A stretch of DNA of 60,137 nucleotides, filler included, from Ionaspis alba (Eukaryota): assembly GCA_964255285.1 (NCBI GenBank). It is 8 parts of 8 records of this genome, joined end to end, with 100 filler letters (N's around TTAATTAATTAA, not from the genome) between each part and the next. Parts side by side here need not be neighbours in the genome. Positions count along the whole stretch, not along the records: positions 22,693 to 30,132 come from CAXUUL010000830.1; positions 30,233 to 37,659 come from CAXUUL010000832.1; 6 more parts are not named here. One strand, given 5' to 3'. A program made the position numbers and the translations under genes. Under the pieces are notes generated by a model. That model saw only the letters and a list, made by a program, of their open reading frames with translations, was not told where the DNA came from and made no database searches. The stretch's first letter is position 1. Every line of letters begins with the position of its first letter. Shown piece by piece: positions 26,073 to 37,759 of this stretch.

Positions 26073-26382
26073 GGTCGTGCTAGTGGCTCATGATTCTCCG
26101 TTGATGTATACCATGTCTTTCTGTCGACGCAATCGTCCTCGCATATCTCACTGATAAAAGAGCAAGTAAGGATGATTAGCTCGTGTAACGATCCAGGGCC
26201 ACTTGAATTCCCCGCTAACCCTCAGGTGCCACAGGGGGTGGAACGGGTGAAAAACGGGGGATGCCAAACACGTTCCGCGCGCGTTGCCCGCTTGGCTCCT
26301 CCACCCGCTTCAGATGGAATTCAACATTGTAATTGCATCATAATTCAGATTTCCTCCACCATCACGCCAGTCAGAAGCCAAA

Positions 26383-27732
26383 ATGGATGCAGATTCAATA
26401 TTACGAGAGGCTCGCCACTCAATGAGGAATTTCGATCCCAATGCTATTATCCGTGGCGCTCAACTCACCATAGTTGGAGGCGTGTGCTCTATGTTCTCCC
26501 TCTACAGCTCCAGACTAACAGGCTCCTAGCTTTGCGAGCTCTACAGAACCCAGGCCTCTTCAAGGCAGAGCACTATCGACAAGCAGCTTTGGCAGTATGT
26601 GCTGGCATTGTTATACGGTTGTTGATTGCAGCTCCGGTATATCTGTCCTCCATTACTCCAAGCTTCTACTAACGAAACTGCTCCCTCCATAGATTGTCGC
26701 TGTGAAAATAGTACTCTGGGTGATGTCTTTCTTTATCGACTTCCATTCGGCGACCTGGGATGACAAGCTCGTGGGAGGACTAGACTTTATCGCCAATTCC
26801 GTGCTCCAGGTTCCTTTCTTTCTCATGAGCTTGATGAGATATATCACACCGACATTGGACAACATGTATGATATTAGAGAACTGAACTTGAACTCGCGCT
26901 AAATGGAACAGGTTCATGGACTCTCTGCAATGGGTGGACCAGACCTATATCGAGAAGCACAAATCAGAAGATCCCAAGACATTGAGAGCAATGTACTACC
27001 CCAATCTGCGAATGTATTCAGTCCACGGAGACACAAGCAAAGGTCGCAAACCAATGGACGCGGCTCTGGCGTTTCTGATCAGATTCGGTCGAAGAGCTGG
27101 CATATCCTTGGCGGTATATATGCTGTCGTATCTGCCTCTGGTTGGCAGATTTGTCCTCCCAGCAGCGAGCTTCTACACTTTCAATAATGCTGTCGGGCCT
27201 GTGCCTGCCACAATCATCTTTGGATCTGGCGTCTTCCTCCCGCGGAGGTACTTGGTCGTGTTTCTGCAAAGCTACTTCTCGTCGAGAAGTCTTATGAGAG
27301 AACTGGTAAGTTACCAAGCAGTGCACATTTTGGAACGTTGAGTAATGAAATGTTCTCCAGCTCGAGCCATACTTTTCCCGAGTCCGATTCAACAAGGAGC
27401 AGAAGCGTCTGTGGTTTCACGACAGGGAAGGCCTGTTGTTTGGTTTTGGGGTCGGCTTTTATATCTTCCTCAAGATTCCACTCTTGGGTGTCTTGATCTA
27501 TGGTATAGCGGAAGCATCGACGGCATACCTCATTACAAAGATCACAGATCCTCCGCCTCCGCCGACATATAGTGAGAAGTTCGCAGAGAGCCAGGTGCGA
27601 TGGACGAACAAACACGAATTCCTTAGACTGCCGCTTGCGAATCTAGACGCCAATAACACGGATACGGAGACTTTTACGCAAGATCGGAAACCAAATTATC
27701 CTCGAGAACTTCCGGGCAAGAAATTCTCATGA
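26383..27732 (+). CDS. usgS: Transmembrane protein UsgS (Lds1/Lds2/Rrt8-like)
   Basis: FDPNAIIRGAQLTIVG|ALRALQNPGLFK, FMDSLQWVDQTY, RSLMRELLEPYF and YGIAEASTAYLITKITDPPP. Start is 26383 or 26422. Confidence 0.85.
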
Positions 27733-28011
27733 ATGACCAAAGCATGCGCATGTGCTAGATGCAGGGAAACACGCAGGAAACCATTACCTTCCTCGATCTA
27801 ATGCGAAGCCGGACAGATCCACAACGGCTTCCGGGACAATGGGTTTATTGGCAAAGCAACACTTCAATCATATGGCCGTTGGTGGTACAAAGGCAGAGGT
27901 GGGGTTAGTTTTGCCCCTTGGCCGTACCCCGCAATGGTTGAGTCGTGATTTGCGCAAAAAGAGCTTCCTCATTCATGCAATCGTGGACGCGCGAGAAGCT
28001 TGATGCGTGTC

Positions 28012-28050
28012 TGATAACGAGCAGCCGGGTCCCACCTTATCAAGAATAAA
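28012..28050. promoter_or_regulatory. Inverted pair of HGATAR sites plus AATAAA between usgS and fmdS
   Basis: TGATAA at 28012-28017, TTATCA at 28037-28042, AATAAA at 28045-28050. Confidence 0.5.
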
Positions 28051-28267
28051 CATCGATGGCTTTGTATTTACGTCAACGCCCTCCACATGGCTCTCCCACT
28101 ACTCTCCCACTCGTGCGTGCATCGCCGGCAGTTAAGATCCCCTAGACCTTGCCCCTCTTTCTTGCTTCCTCTAAATGCTTCAACGGCTATCTACTTCTGA
28201 ACCCTTCTATACATATTTCGTGCACGTCCGTTGAACAGCGTCTTGAATTTCTCAAAAAAGCCTCGCA

Positions 28268-29793
28268 ATGGGTATGCAAGAGATCCGCACCGCCTACAAG
28301 GTCGACCTTAAGAAGGCACCCGAGCACCAGGAGGGGCTTCATGTTTGTCATCCCCCAATGTTGCCAGTGGGGTTTTTTTGTAATTGACTATTCGTACAGA
28401 ACAGATGGCATCCGGATGGTGGGTGAAATCGGCCGCGAAAGAATACAATTAGCCCCAATTGACTGTGTCGCAGTGCCATTCGCCGGCACAATCAAGAATG
28501 GCGAGGTGGTCAAGATTGAATGTCTAGATTGGACAGGAGGACAGATTGGCAACAACGACAGTGCTGATGATATGAGGAACATTGATCTGACCCGGATACA
28601 CTACCTGACCGGGCCATTTGAGATCGAGACAGCCGAGCCTGGAGATGTCCTCATCGTCGAAATCCAGGATGTTCAACCCTTCCAAGACCAACCGTGGGGA
28701 TTCACCGGAGTCTTCGACAGAAGCAACGGTGGAGGATTCCTGGACGATATCTACCCAAACGCGTAAGCAGACCTTGATTCCATGGTAGACTAATGCCCAG
28801 GACAACGACTAATTATGATTCTTCTCAACAGTGCCAAAGCCATCTGGGACTTCGAAGGCATCTTCTGCTCATCCCGTCACATCCCCCACGTCCGCTTCCC
28901 CGGTCTCATCCACCCTGGTATCCTCGGCTGCGCGCCATCAGCCGAAGTTCTAGCAACATGGAACAAGCGCGAAGGCGAACTCATCAGCGCCAACAAGCTC
29001 GACCGCATCGTCGCCCAGCCTCCTGAGCCTCAAAATGTCCACGCCGGAAGCGCTTCCGACGAGATCAAAGCCAAGGTCGGAAAAGAAGGAGCGAGAACGA
29101 TCCCCGGCAGACCTGAACATGGCGGGAACTGCGATATCAAGAATCTTAGTCGAGGCAGCAAGACCTACCTGCCTATCCACGTCAAGGGAGCCAAATTCAG
29201 TGTCGGGGATCTGCATTTCTCGCAGGGCGATGGCGAGATCTCCTTCTGCGGAGCTATCGAAATGGCCGGTGTTATCACCGTGAAGCTTACGGTCATGAAG
29301 AACGGGATGGCGGACTTGGGAATGAAATCGCCGCTGTTCCTGCCGGGACCGGTCGAGCCGCATTATGGTCCGGGGAGGTATCTCACTTTCGAGGGATTCA
29401 GTGTCGATGAGAATGGAAAGCAGCATTATATGGATGCTACGGTTGCATACCGCCAGACGACGCTGAGATGTATTGAGTATTTGAAACGCTTTGGTAGGTT
29501 GATGGTGAAAGTCCCAGTAGAGGTTAGATGGACACTGATGCTTCGAAGGATATGACGACTACCAGATCTACCTCCTCCTGAGTTGTGCACCCATCCAAGG
29601 TCATGTTGCAGGTCTCGTTGATGTAAGTTCGATAGAAACATCTTGGGACTGTTTCCCCGCTGACGCCTGTTTCTAGATACCGAATGCTTGCATGACGCTC
29701 GGTCTCCCAATGGACATCTTCGACTTTGACATTTCCCCTACCGGACCTGCGAAGAAGATGGATATGGGCACTTGTGCTTTCACGAGCAAATAA
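28268..29793 (+). CDS. fmdS: Formamidase (FmdA/AmdA family)
   Basis: LH|NRWHPD (19-nt micro-exon), IECLDWTGGQI, HYLTGP, GLIHPGILGCAPS, EHGGNCDIKNL and GDLHFSQGDGEISFCGAIEMAG. Confidence 0.95.
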
Positions 29794-29977
29794 GAAGAAC
29801 CAGATGACCTAGGTTGCTTCACAGCTCCAAGACTTGTGTAAGCAGCGTATATGTGTACTTCTCCTAGCCACATACATATCAAGTGAAGGCCGCTCAAGGG
29901 TCCACAAGCCTCAAAGCGTTGGAAATGATATCCACTGTCCGATATCTCTGTTCGACCCTGATCCCGCACTGGCTCTA

Positions 29978-30132
29978 TCAGCTAGGAAATCCACCCCTAG
30001 CGACCTTCCTCGCCCTCTGATCCCTCCGATTATGATTCGCTCTGGAACCCTTATTCGCATCCTTCCTCTGCCTCGCAATCTGTGTATCCCTCTCACTAGC
30101 CGGTCCTGCCACATCCCCCCTGCCCCTTCCCC
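29978..30132 (-). CDS. CUE3: C-terminal fragment of Cue3/ASCC2 (RQT complex subunit)
   Basis: Hand translation of a frame missing from the ORF track: KGQGDVAGPASERDTQIARQRKDANKGSRANHNRRDQRARKVARGGFPS*. RANHNRR is the conserved ASCC2 tail. Confidence 0.75.
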
Positions 30133-30232
30133 NNNNNNNNNNNNNNNNNNNNNNNNNNNNNNNNNNNNNNNNNNNNTTAATTAATTAANNNNNNNNNNNN
30201 NNNNNNNNNNNNNNNNNNNNNNNNNNNNNNNN
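30133..30232. other. Artificial scaffold linker
   Basis: 44N-TTAATTAATTAA-44N. Confidence 0.98.
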
Positions 30233-30810
30233 TAACTCCCTGCGTCAAATTAGAGTAACATCGGCACACGAGAAAAACACGAGAAGAAAGCAACAGAGCC
30301 TCACACCGGCTGGGCCTCCGCCCGCGGATTCCGCCTCGCCGGGCCCGAAAAAGGCTTAATCCCTCCCACTCGCGTGCTAGAACCCTGTCGCCTCGGCTGC
30401 ACTAAACCCAACTGATTCGCCTCGACCTCATTAGTACATCCGCTGTACGAAGTAATTTCATGCCCCTATTTCAGCTCCTCGTTTGGAGGCGTTCTACTGG
30501 CAAATGATCATTTACCGCAACAATCAACACCGTACACCCTGGGACTAAACGTGCTAGTACGGATGCGAGCTGATGCCAAGATACGCCCTCGATGTAACCG
30601 ATCTGGTCGAGAAGATGTGATGTTGCTTTGTGCCTGGACCTAAAAATGGGAAGGGAATATAAGGGGATGCGCTCTCCCGCTCCAAGCGTGCCAGCCTCGA
30701 CAGTCTTCATCTTCTCCTTAGATATCGCTGCGAGACGTTCGCTTGCCGTTTGGTGCATAGCGGAAACCCTCTCCGTTCACTTCTCCGTGACTTAATACAT
30801 CGACACCAAA

Positions 30811-31640
30811 ATGTATTCCTCAGCCCTCCTCACCGCCCTCCTCATCACCTCCGTCTCCGCCACCCTCCCCGGCCGACTCGAAGCCCGCGCCATCCTTGAA
30901 GGTCGCCAGCATTCCAGCAGCGACTGCATCAACGCCTACGGCACAGGCTACGCGCTCTGCGGGACGAGTAACTGCTATTATCGCACCGGAGGAGAATCCT
31001 GCTGCTCTGATGGAGGTACGTCTACCCGCTCCATCTTCCCTATCCTTCAACATGATATTTCAATACTAACGACTATGTCCCAGGCGTCTGCGGTCCCGGA
31101 ACCTACTGCGGCCCCGGTGGCACCTGCTGCGGCAATGTTCGTTCTTTCCCTCTTCTCCTCTACCCCACTCTCCGCTGACATTCCCCTCCACAGGACCTTA
31201 GCAAATCCCAATGCGCCAACGCCATCATAACTGGCACCTACAGCGGTGTCAATCCCACCGGCACCCTCGGCAGCTCCGCCCTCGACTCCGCCACCAGCTC
31301 CTTTGCCAGCGACGTCTCCACCACCGCCGTCGACGCTTTCACTGCTTCTACCACCTTCGATATCAGTTCTGTGACTGCTAGTATACGCACACCCACTGCG
31401 GTGGCGACGAGTGCGAGCACGGAAGATAGTTCGAGTAATAGTGCGACGAGCGTGGCCGGGGCGGCGGCAGGGACGGGCGCTAGTACGAGTACGAGTAGTG
31501 TGGGGGCCAGTCCGGCGGCGACGACGACGGCAGCGTCGGGCCCGCCGAAATTAAGTACGAGTGGGGTCGGTGAGCTGAGGGTTACGCTTGCGGGTTTGGC
31601 GCTGGTGGGAGCGGGGTTGGTGGCTCTGGTTATGTTGTAG
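30811..31640 (+). CDS. Secreted Cys-rich, Ser/Thr-rich, probably GPI-anchored protein (3 exons)
   Basis: Signal peptide, Cys cluster (CINAYGTGYALCGTSNCYY..GESCCSDG..CGPGTYC..GTCC), S/T stalk, and hydrophobic C-terminus LAGLALVGAGLVALVML*. Confidence 0.8.
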
Positions 31641-32224
31641 GGGATTTCGATCGGGGAGAAGATGGGAAAGGTGCTTGAGAGAGGGTATAATATTATTGAG
31701 TTGGAGAGAGGAGATGGTGGATATGTGAAGTACACTGAGATGACTGGCTTAGCGCCCGCGTTGTAATTAGAGTGGAATTCTATGCAATACGAGATATCGA
31801 GAGAGTGTTAGCCATTGGACCGGTCCTTCTACCTACAATACACCTGTCATATAATCATTTGCCTGTGCTATCCTCCTCAGCCTCCTATCCGCAAGCCTGA
31901 CATTCGCCCTTTCCTTACGCCACGCTCAACCTCAAGCTATTCTCCAGCGCCAACCTCGCAATCCTCTTATACCGCTACCCACACACTCATGTTATTAAGG
32001 GTATTGTCATTGCGAATGAGAAACATCAAGAGATAAAAACACACTTCATAGAAGGAACTGGAAAACCAAGGGATAGACTCAATATTAATGATACATGGTT
32101 TTACGGAATATCGAAGTAACAAGGGGGATATCAGCCACGAAACGCCACAAATGCATTCCCGTCCCAGCACAAAGAGCCGCGGAACCTTTATCTGTAAGTT
32201 CCGTTACTCCTGAGGACATGTATA

Positions 32225-35200
32225 TTACCGTTTCTCCACCAGGAGAACATGCATCGCCCCATATGCTATCACGAGTAAAACTCCAGACATAACACCCAGA
32301 CCGATGACATCGGTCCACAACGCCAAAACATCGAAACCGAAAGCGCTGAGAATGGAAGCGCCTGGGACTTCGATATCTAGACCGTACTTGTGATCGATCA
32401 AAGAGAGCTTGCGGACTTCGTTGACCATGAGACCTTCGAAGCCGTAGTGGAATATCGACAACTATGAAGAATCGTGGTCAGAGCTGTTCGTCTCGGTTTG
32501 AAATATATGGAGGACTTACTTTCTGTAGCCATAGTGCAGACGGAGGCATTGCGTCATGGTTGAGTAGGAATCCAGCAAACAGCAGGGAGAAGAGCATCAC
32601 TAGACTTCCAACGAGATTCGCGACTCCTCCATCCTTGAAAAGAATTCCTATCAAAAGACACTCTATCGAAGCCGCGAGGTTGAAGAGTATTAGAAGTAGC
32701 ATGAATTTCAGGAATTCAGGCCACGCGGGAACCAGCCCTGTCATAGGATAGACAACCACTCCCAGGATGATGGGAGGTATCAAGCGAAGAGGAACGATGT
32801 CGAACACCACCTTGGCGGCAAAGTATGTGATTGGTGAGTAGTAGCCGTTAGCCCGTTCCCGTAGGAAGAGCAGTCGCTCGGAGGAAAAGACTGTGAGACT
32901 TGTCAAAGTGCTGAAGCCGAATAATGCAAGGATGAAGAATAGAAGACCAAGCCGATTCTGGAAGCCTTTGATATCACCAGTAAGACCATAGAAGAGATAG
33001 CCGCACATGACAGCAACGAGAATTGCAATGGCATAATGAGCCAGCATCAGCATTGGATTCCTGTAGAGATTCTTCCATGTTCGTTTCGACAGTATGATGA
33101 ATTGCCTTAGTCGTCCAACACGTCTGTAGCTCTTCATCGTCCCGGATTTTGATGCTCCGTTAGGCTGACCATTTGGTAGACCATTGGAATTGGTAGCGGT
33201 TTGGACAGCAGCTTGTATGTCATCTTGTGTCGACTTTGCAACATCCGAAGATACGAAGCTGGATATCAGAATGTCTAGATCAGAACCGAGCCCAGACGCA
33301 GGTGGAGGAAGCTGATGTGGATCGTCGAGAATTTGCGGTGGTACTTGACCATGAGCTCGGGACAACCTCAGCCACTGTTGTGACCCCTCATGGCCACTGC
33401 TCTGGTCGGGNNNNNNNNNNNNNNNNNNNNNNNNNNNNNNNNNNNNNNNNNNNNNNNNNNNNNNNNNNNNNNNNNNNNNNNNNNNNNNNNNNNNNNNNNN
33501 NNNNNNNNNNCCTATGTCATCAAAATAACTCTGACAAGTAGAGAATGGTCCAGAGTAAACAACTCTTCCCTTCGCTAACAGTAATAGCTGGTCAAAGAGA
33601 GCAACGATATTGGATCGAGGTTGGTGAATGGTGAAGATGACCGTTCGATTGTAGTTCTTGGCCAGAGTGACAAGACATTCGACGACGTTGAAAGCATTGA
33701 ATGCGTCCAGGCCGCTCGTAGGTTCGTCGAGAAAGAGAATGCTGGGACTGGTCACGAGCTCGCAGGCAATACCTACCCTTCGTTTCTCGCCCCCAGAAAT
33801 GCCGCGACCTTTGCCTTCTTCGGATCCAATGAGCTGATCCCGAATGTGATAGATACCCAGTTGCTTCTCGACTTCGCAAACCTTTAATTCCTTTGCGGCC
33901 ATACCCATGTCTCGAGGTAGTCGTAGCAATGCACTTGTTAAGATCGTTTCATGGACCGTCAAGGTTGGAAGCATGGTATCATCCTGATCCACGAAACCAG
34001 TGACACTCCGGTATTCGCTGTCAGGGACCCTCTCGCCGTTCACAAAGAATTGACCTTCCGTAACACCACGTTTGTTCTTTCTTGCTAGGATATCGAGGAA
34101 TGTTGTCTTCCCAGCACCAGATGCTCCCATGATTGCCATGAGTTGTCCGGGTTGTGCAATACCTTGGACTCCAGAAAGTATCTGCTTGCCGTTGAGATGA
34201 TACGAGACGTCCTGAAACTGCAGGGAGGCTGGTTTGTGATCTGCCATCATCTTTGCACTTTCGTCATCGGAATCATCGAGATAGATGGGTCCGTGCCGGT
34301 TGTAAGCTCTTCTTGAGAGATACCAGACTAGCAGAACAACCGCAACGAGGAACAACGCGCAACCAGCTATCACACCGGCAATGAGGGGCGTATTAATTTT
34401 GGGTACTGGCCGCTCATATCCGGGTATCTCGGTCTTGTACAAACACTCTCCGGCGTTGCAGTCAAGAGTGATACTTTCGTCCCCAAAGAAGTTTTTGATG
34501 AGGTCATTCATCGCCGGCTCCTCAAACTTACTCCCATCTCTACTACTTCCACCCTCGGTGGACAGAGACGAGAACGAGGCCGGACCTTTGATAGACTTTT
34601 TGAGAAATTCGCCAATATCGAGGGAGCCTTCTTCTCCACACAACATCCGACCCGGTATACAAGCACATTTAATATTCTTGCATTCGTAATCTGTTGTGTT
34701 TCGGTCGTACTCATGTGTGTAAGTCCACGAGCAGTTGTCCAAAGCGCAGTAGAATGATTCTTTCTGATCTACCCAGACTATTCATTGTCAGCATTGTAAG
34801 TATGGTGCTTGTCTGAGGAGCTCACATTGGAAATTGCAAGTCTCGTGCTCATCGTTACATGAGAAGGTAACTTGCGGTTTCTGCTCCTTGAGTTGCTCCT
34901 GAATCTTTGGATTGGTGACATCGCACATCTGATAGTTCTCCTTCACGACAACGCCTTGCTTGTAGCAAATGCCCCCTTCTTTCTCAGGCATGAGCGCATC
35001 GCACGCCTCATTCGTCTTGCAGACATTGCAGTTTATGCCCTCCCATCCTTCCTTGCAATCGCAAGACCTTTGATCTTCTCCTCGTGGCTCGCGCTCCGTA
35101 CCATCCGCCAAGGAGCCACATAACGGTTCCGAGCAATCATCCCCGCCAAACCCCGGTGGACATGAGCATTTTCCATTGTACTTGTTACATCCGGCGAACT

Positions 35201-35396
35201 GTGTACATTGGTCCGTATCGAGGCCACTGTTGCAGTTGAAGCATGAGGGGCACTTCGGGCAACCCTCGGGTCGATCATCGAGTATTGAGAAGTCGGAGCG
35301 CAGAAGATCAGCCCTTGAGAAGTTTCGGTATGCGTTAGAGGTCCATGATAGACTCAGCAGCCCTACAGCCACAAGGGCAGCCCCTAGTGGGCGCAT
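32225..35396 (-). CDS. ADP1: ABCG half-transporter with N-terminal EGF-like domains (Adp1 type)
   Basis: Signal peptide, EGF-like [12 protein letters not shown], Walker [10 protein letters not shown], signature [20 protein letters not shown] and an ABC2 membrane domain. Spans an N gap. Confidence 0.93.
33411..33510. other. Internal scaffold gap (100 N) inside ADP1
   Basis: Plain N run. Confidence 0.95.
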
Positions 35397-35921
35397 GTGT
35401 CTCTTCAAATCTGCCTGTGAAGCTATCGGGGGCGAGCGCAGCTGCCTGAACTGAAGGGAATGGCAGATGAAGCGGTAAGTTCGAGGAATGGATTGATAGT
35501 GAGTTAATCCCTCAGATAAAGATTTTTTTCAGACGGCTGATACTATCGGCGAGGTGGAAACTTTGGTATAGGACTTGATGTGGTGATGTCGTTGATAAAG
35601 ATGCAGCTCAATGTGGCGGGGAGCTGCATGCTTCCTCGGTGTTTCAACTGCCCACGCTAAATCGAAAATTACTGTATGAACTGCTTGGCGTTCGTGGCGC
35701 TTCGCGGCCAGCTCTCGCTTATTAAACTCCAAATATATTGTGCTCTTTTCCTGCTACGAAAGATCTTGCAGACTGGAACTTCCGTGCGATCACACTTAAT
35801 TGGATGAGAATCATTGGAGTCCGCGAGTATAGCCTTTCCAGGGTTTGAAAATTTACCATCTTTAGAAGAGTAGTTTTGCCTTTTTGTTGCAGACTCAGTT
35901 ATAGAAATAGTTATGACAGTA

Positions 35922-37400
35922 ATGGTATTGACAAACATTCCCTCTTTCGCTGTCGAAGAAGTGAGTACATAGCATGTCACTGGCAACTGTTTTCGCTGTC
36001 TCCGTTGCCATGATCCGTGAATTCGAGAGGGGTGTACCACTCATTTATATGTTGGTCTGGTGTTTCGCCTTGGTGAACAATGTGCTGACGTTTTGCGTGC
36101 TATCAAGTGGATGGACACTTATGAGACGACCGCCAAATATAACATAGCAGAGACTTGTGCTGCGTCCATCTCGGTAGATGATTTACAATCATTGTCAGAG
36201 GACAAGTCTAGCTCCATCATCTCAAATTCGACAAAGTTGACATACGGAGCAATCCGAGGGTCAAAAAAGCTACGCACGAACCTATCGCGCCTCTACTCTG
36301 CCAAAACAGCCAGTACACTCCCAGCGGAAAATGTTCTGATCACCCCAGGAGCTATCGCGGCCAATTTCCTGTCACTTTACGCACTCATTGGCAAGGAAGA
36401 TCATGTCATCTGCCATTATCCGACTTATCAGCAACTCTATACAGTTCCAGCCACTCTCGGCGCACGAGTGAGTGTCTGGAAGGCACATGAGCGGAAAAAA
36501 TGGCAATTGAACATCGACGATCTGAAAGGGCTAATACAGCCAAATACAAAGATGATCATCATCAAGTAGGTTCAAGGGGTTTTGTCCTTGGTATATAGAC
36601 ACTGAACATCCGCTTAGCAACCCTAATAATCCTACAGGGGCTATAATACCAAAATCTCTGCTGATAGAAATCGTCGAGACTGCGCGCGAGCATGGCATTA
36701 TACTGCTGTCTGACGAGGTTTATCGGCCTCTGTTCCACTCGATTGGACCTATGGACGCGGAATTCCCTCCGTCAATACTTTCCATGTCATACGAGAAGAC
36801 AATCGCGATCGGATCGATGTCAAAAGCGTATGCCCTGGCCGGCATCAGGGTGGGTTGGATCGCCTCTCGGTCTCGAGAAATTATCGATGCATGTGCCCGA
36901 GCAAGGGACTATTCCACCATATCCGTAAGCCAAATTGATGACCAGATTGCGAGTTTTGCTTTGGGCCCCGAAACGGTCCACAGTCTCCTTAGCAGGGTAA
37001 GGTTTCTGTCTACATCCGAATGGGCTCTTCATTCACCTTGCTAAGCTTGTTGCAGAATATTCGACTTGCGAAAACAAACGTCGATATACTGACAGCCTTC
37101 GTCGAACAACACAGGTGGAGTTGCGAATGGGTCAAGCCAGTTGCTGGAACCATCGCGTTTGTCAAGTTTTCCAAGGAAGGTCAGCCAGTTGACGACGTCG
37201 CCCTCTGTAAGCTGCTGCAGGAAAGGAGAGGTGTCATGGTTTGCCCAGGAAGCCGATGTTTTGGCAACGACAAGGACTTCATAGGATATGTACGCATGGG
37301 GTTTGTGTGTGAGACGGAGGTCTTGAAGCAAGGTCTCAACGGATTCGAAGAATTCATGCGGAAGGACTTCTCGGATGTTCCACTCGCGAATGTAGGTTAG
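35922..37400 (+). CDS. PLP-dependent aminotransferase class I/II
   Basis: PSFAVEE|WMDTYE, LTYGAIRGS, NPNNPTG, LSDEVYRPL and GSMSKAYALAGIRVGW (PLP lysine). Alternative start at 35913. Confidence 0.9.
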
Positions 37401-37621
37401 TCGTTGGAGGATGGGGAGGATGCTGCAGACAGTGCGATTTGAATGTCGAGTTGGAGCCGTTCCGCTCTTGAGATCGTGCGAGAAGCAGCGGCGTTCTTCA
37501 GAACAACGCGGAGCCGAGGACGATAAAATCTCCAGGACAGTGTGGAAATAGTTGCTCTAGAACAAATTGGTCTTGGTCGTACGGCTTTGATTCGAGCATC
37601 TGAACCTCAATATTACATGCC

Positions 37622-37659
<38 letters not shown>
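37622..37659. repeat. (TAG)n microsatellite at scaffold end
   Basis: At least 12 perfect TAG units running into the linker. Confidence 0.97.
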
Positions 37660-37759
37660 NNNNNNNNNNNNNNNNNNNNNNNNNNNNNNNNNNNNNNNNN
37701 NNNTTAATTAATTAANNNNNNNNNNNNNNNNNNNNNNNNNNNNNNNNNNNNNNNNNNNN
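37660..37759. other. Artificial scaffold linker
   Basis: 44N-TTAATTAATTAA-44N. Confidence 0.98.

Noticed and set aside
17343..29793. URC4 plus formamidase as a nitrogen-catabolism cluster
   Set aside because: They are on different scaffolds, and no other URC genes lie next to URC4.
29911..30114. 67-aa Arg-rich ORF from the track
   Set aside because: Wrong frame; another minus frame gives the recognisable Cue3/ASCC2 C-terminus.
33227..33578. ORFs reading across the N gap
   Set aside because: Gap length is a placeholder, so frame continuity through Ns is not evidence.
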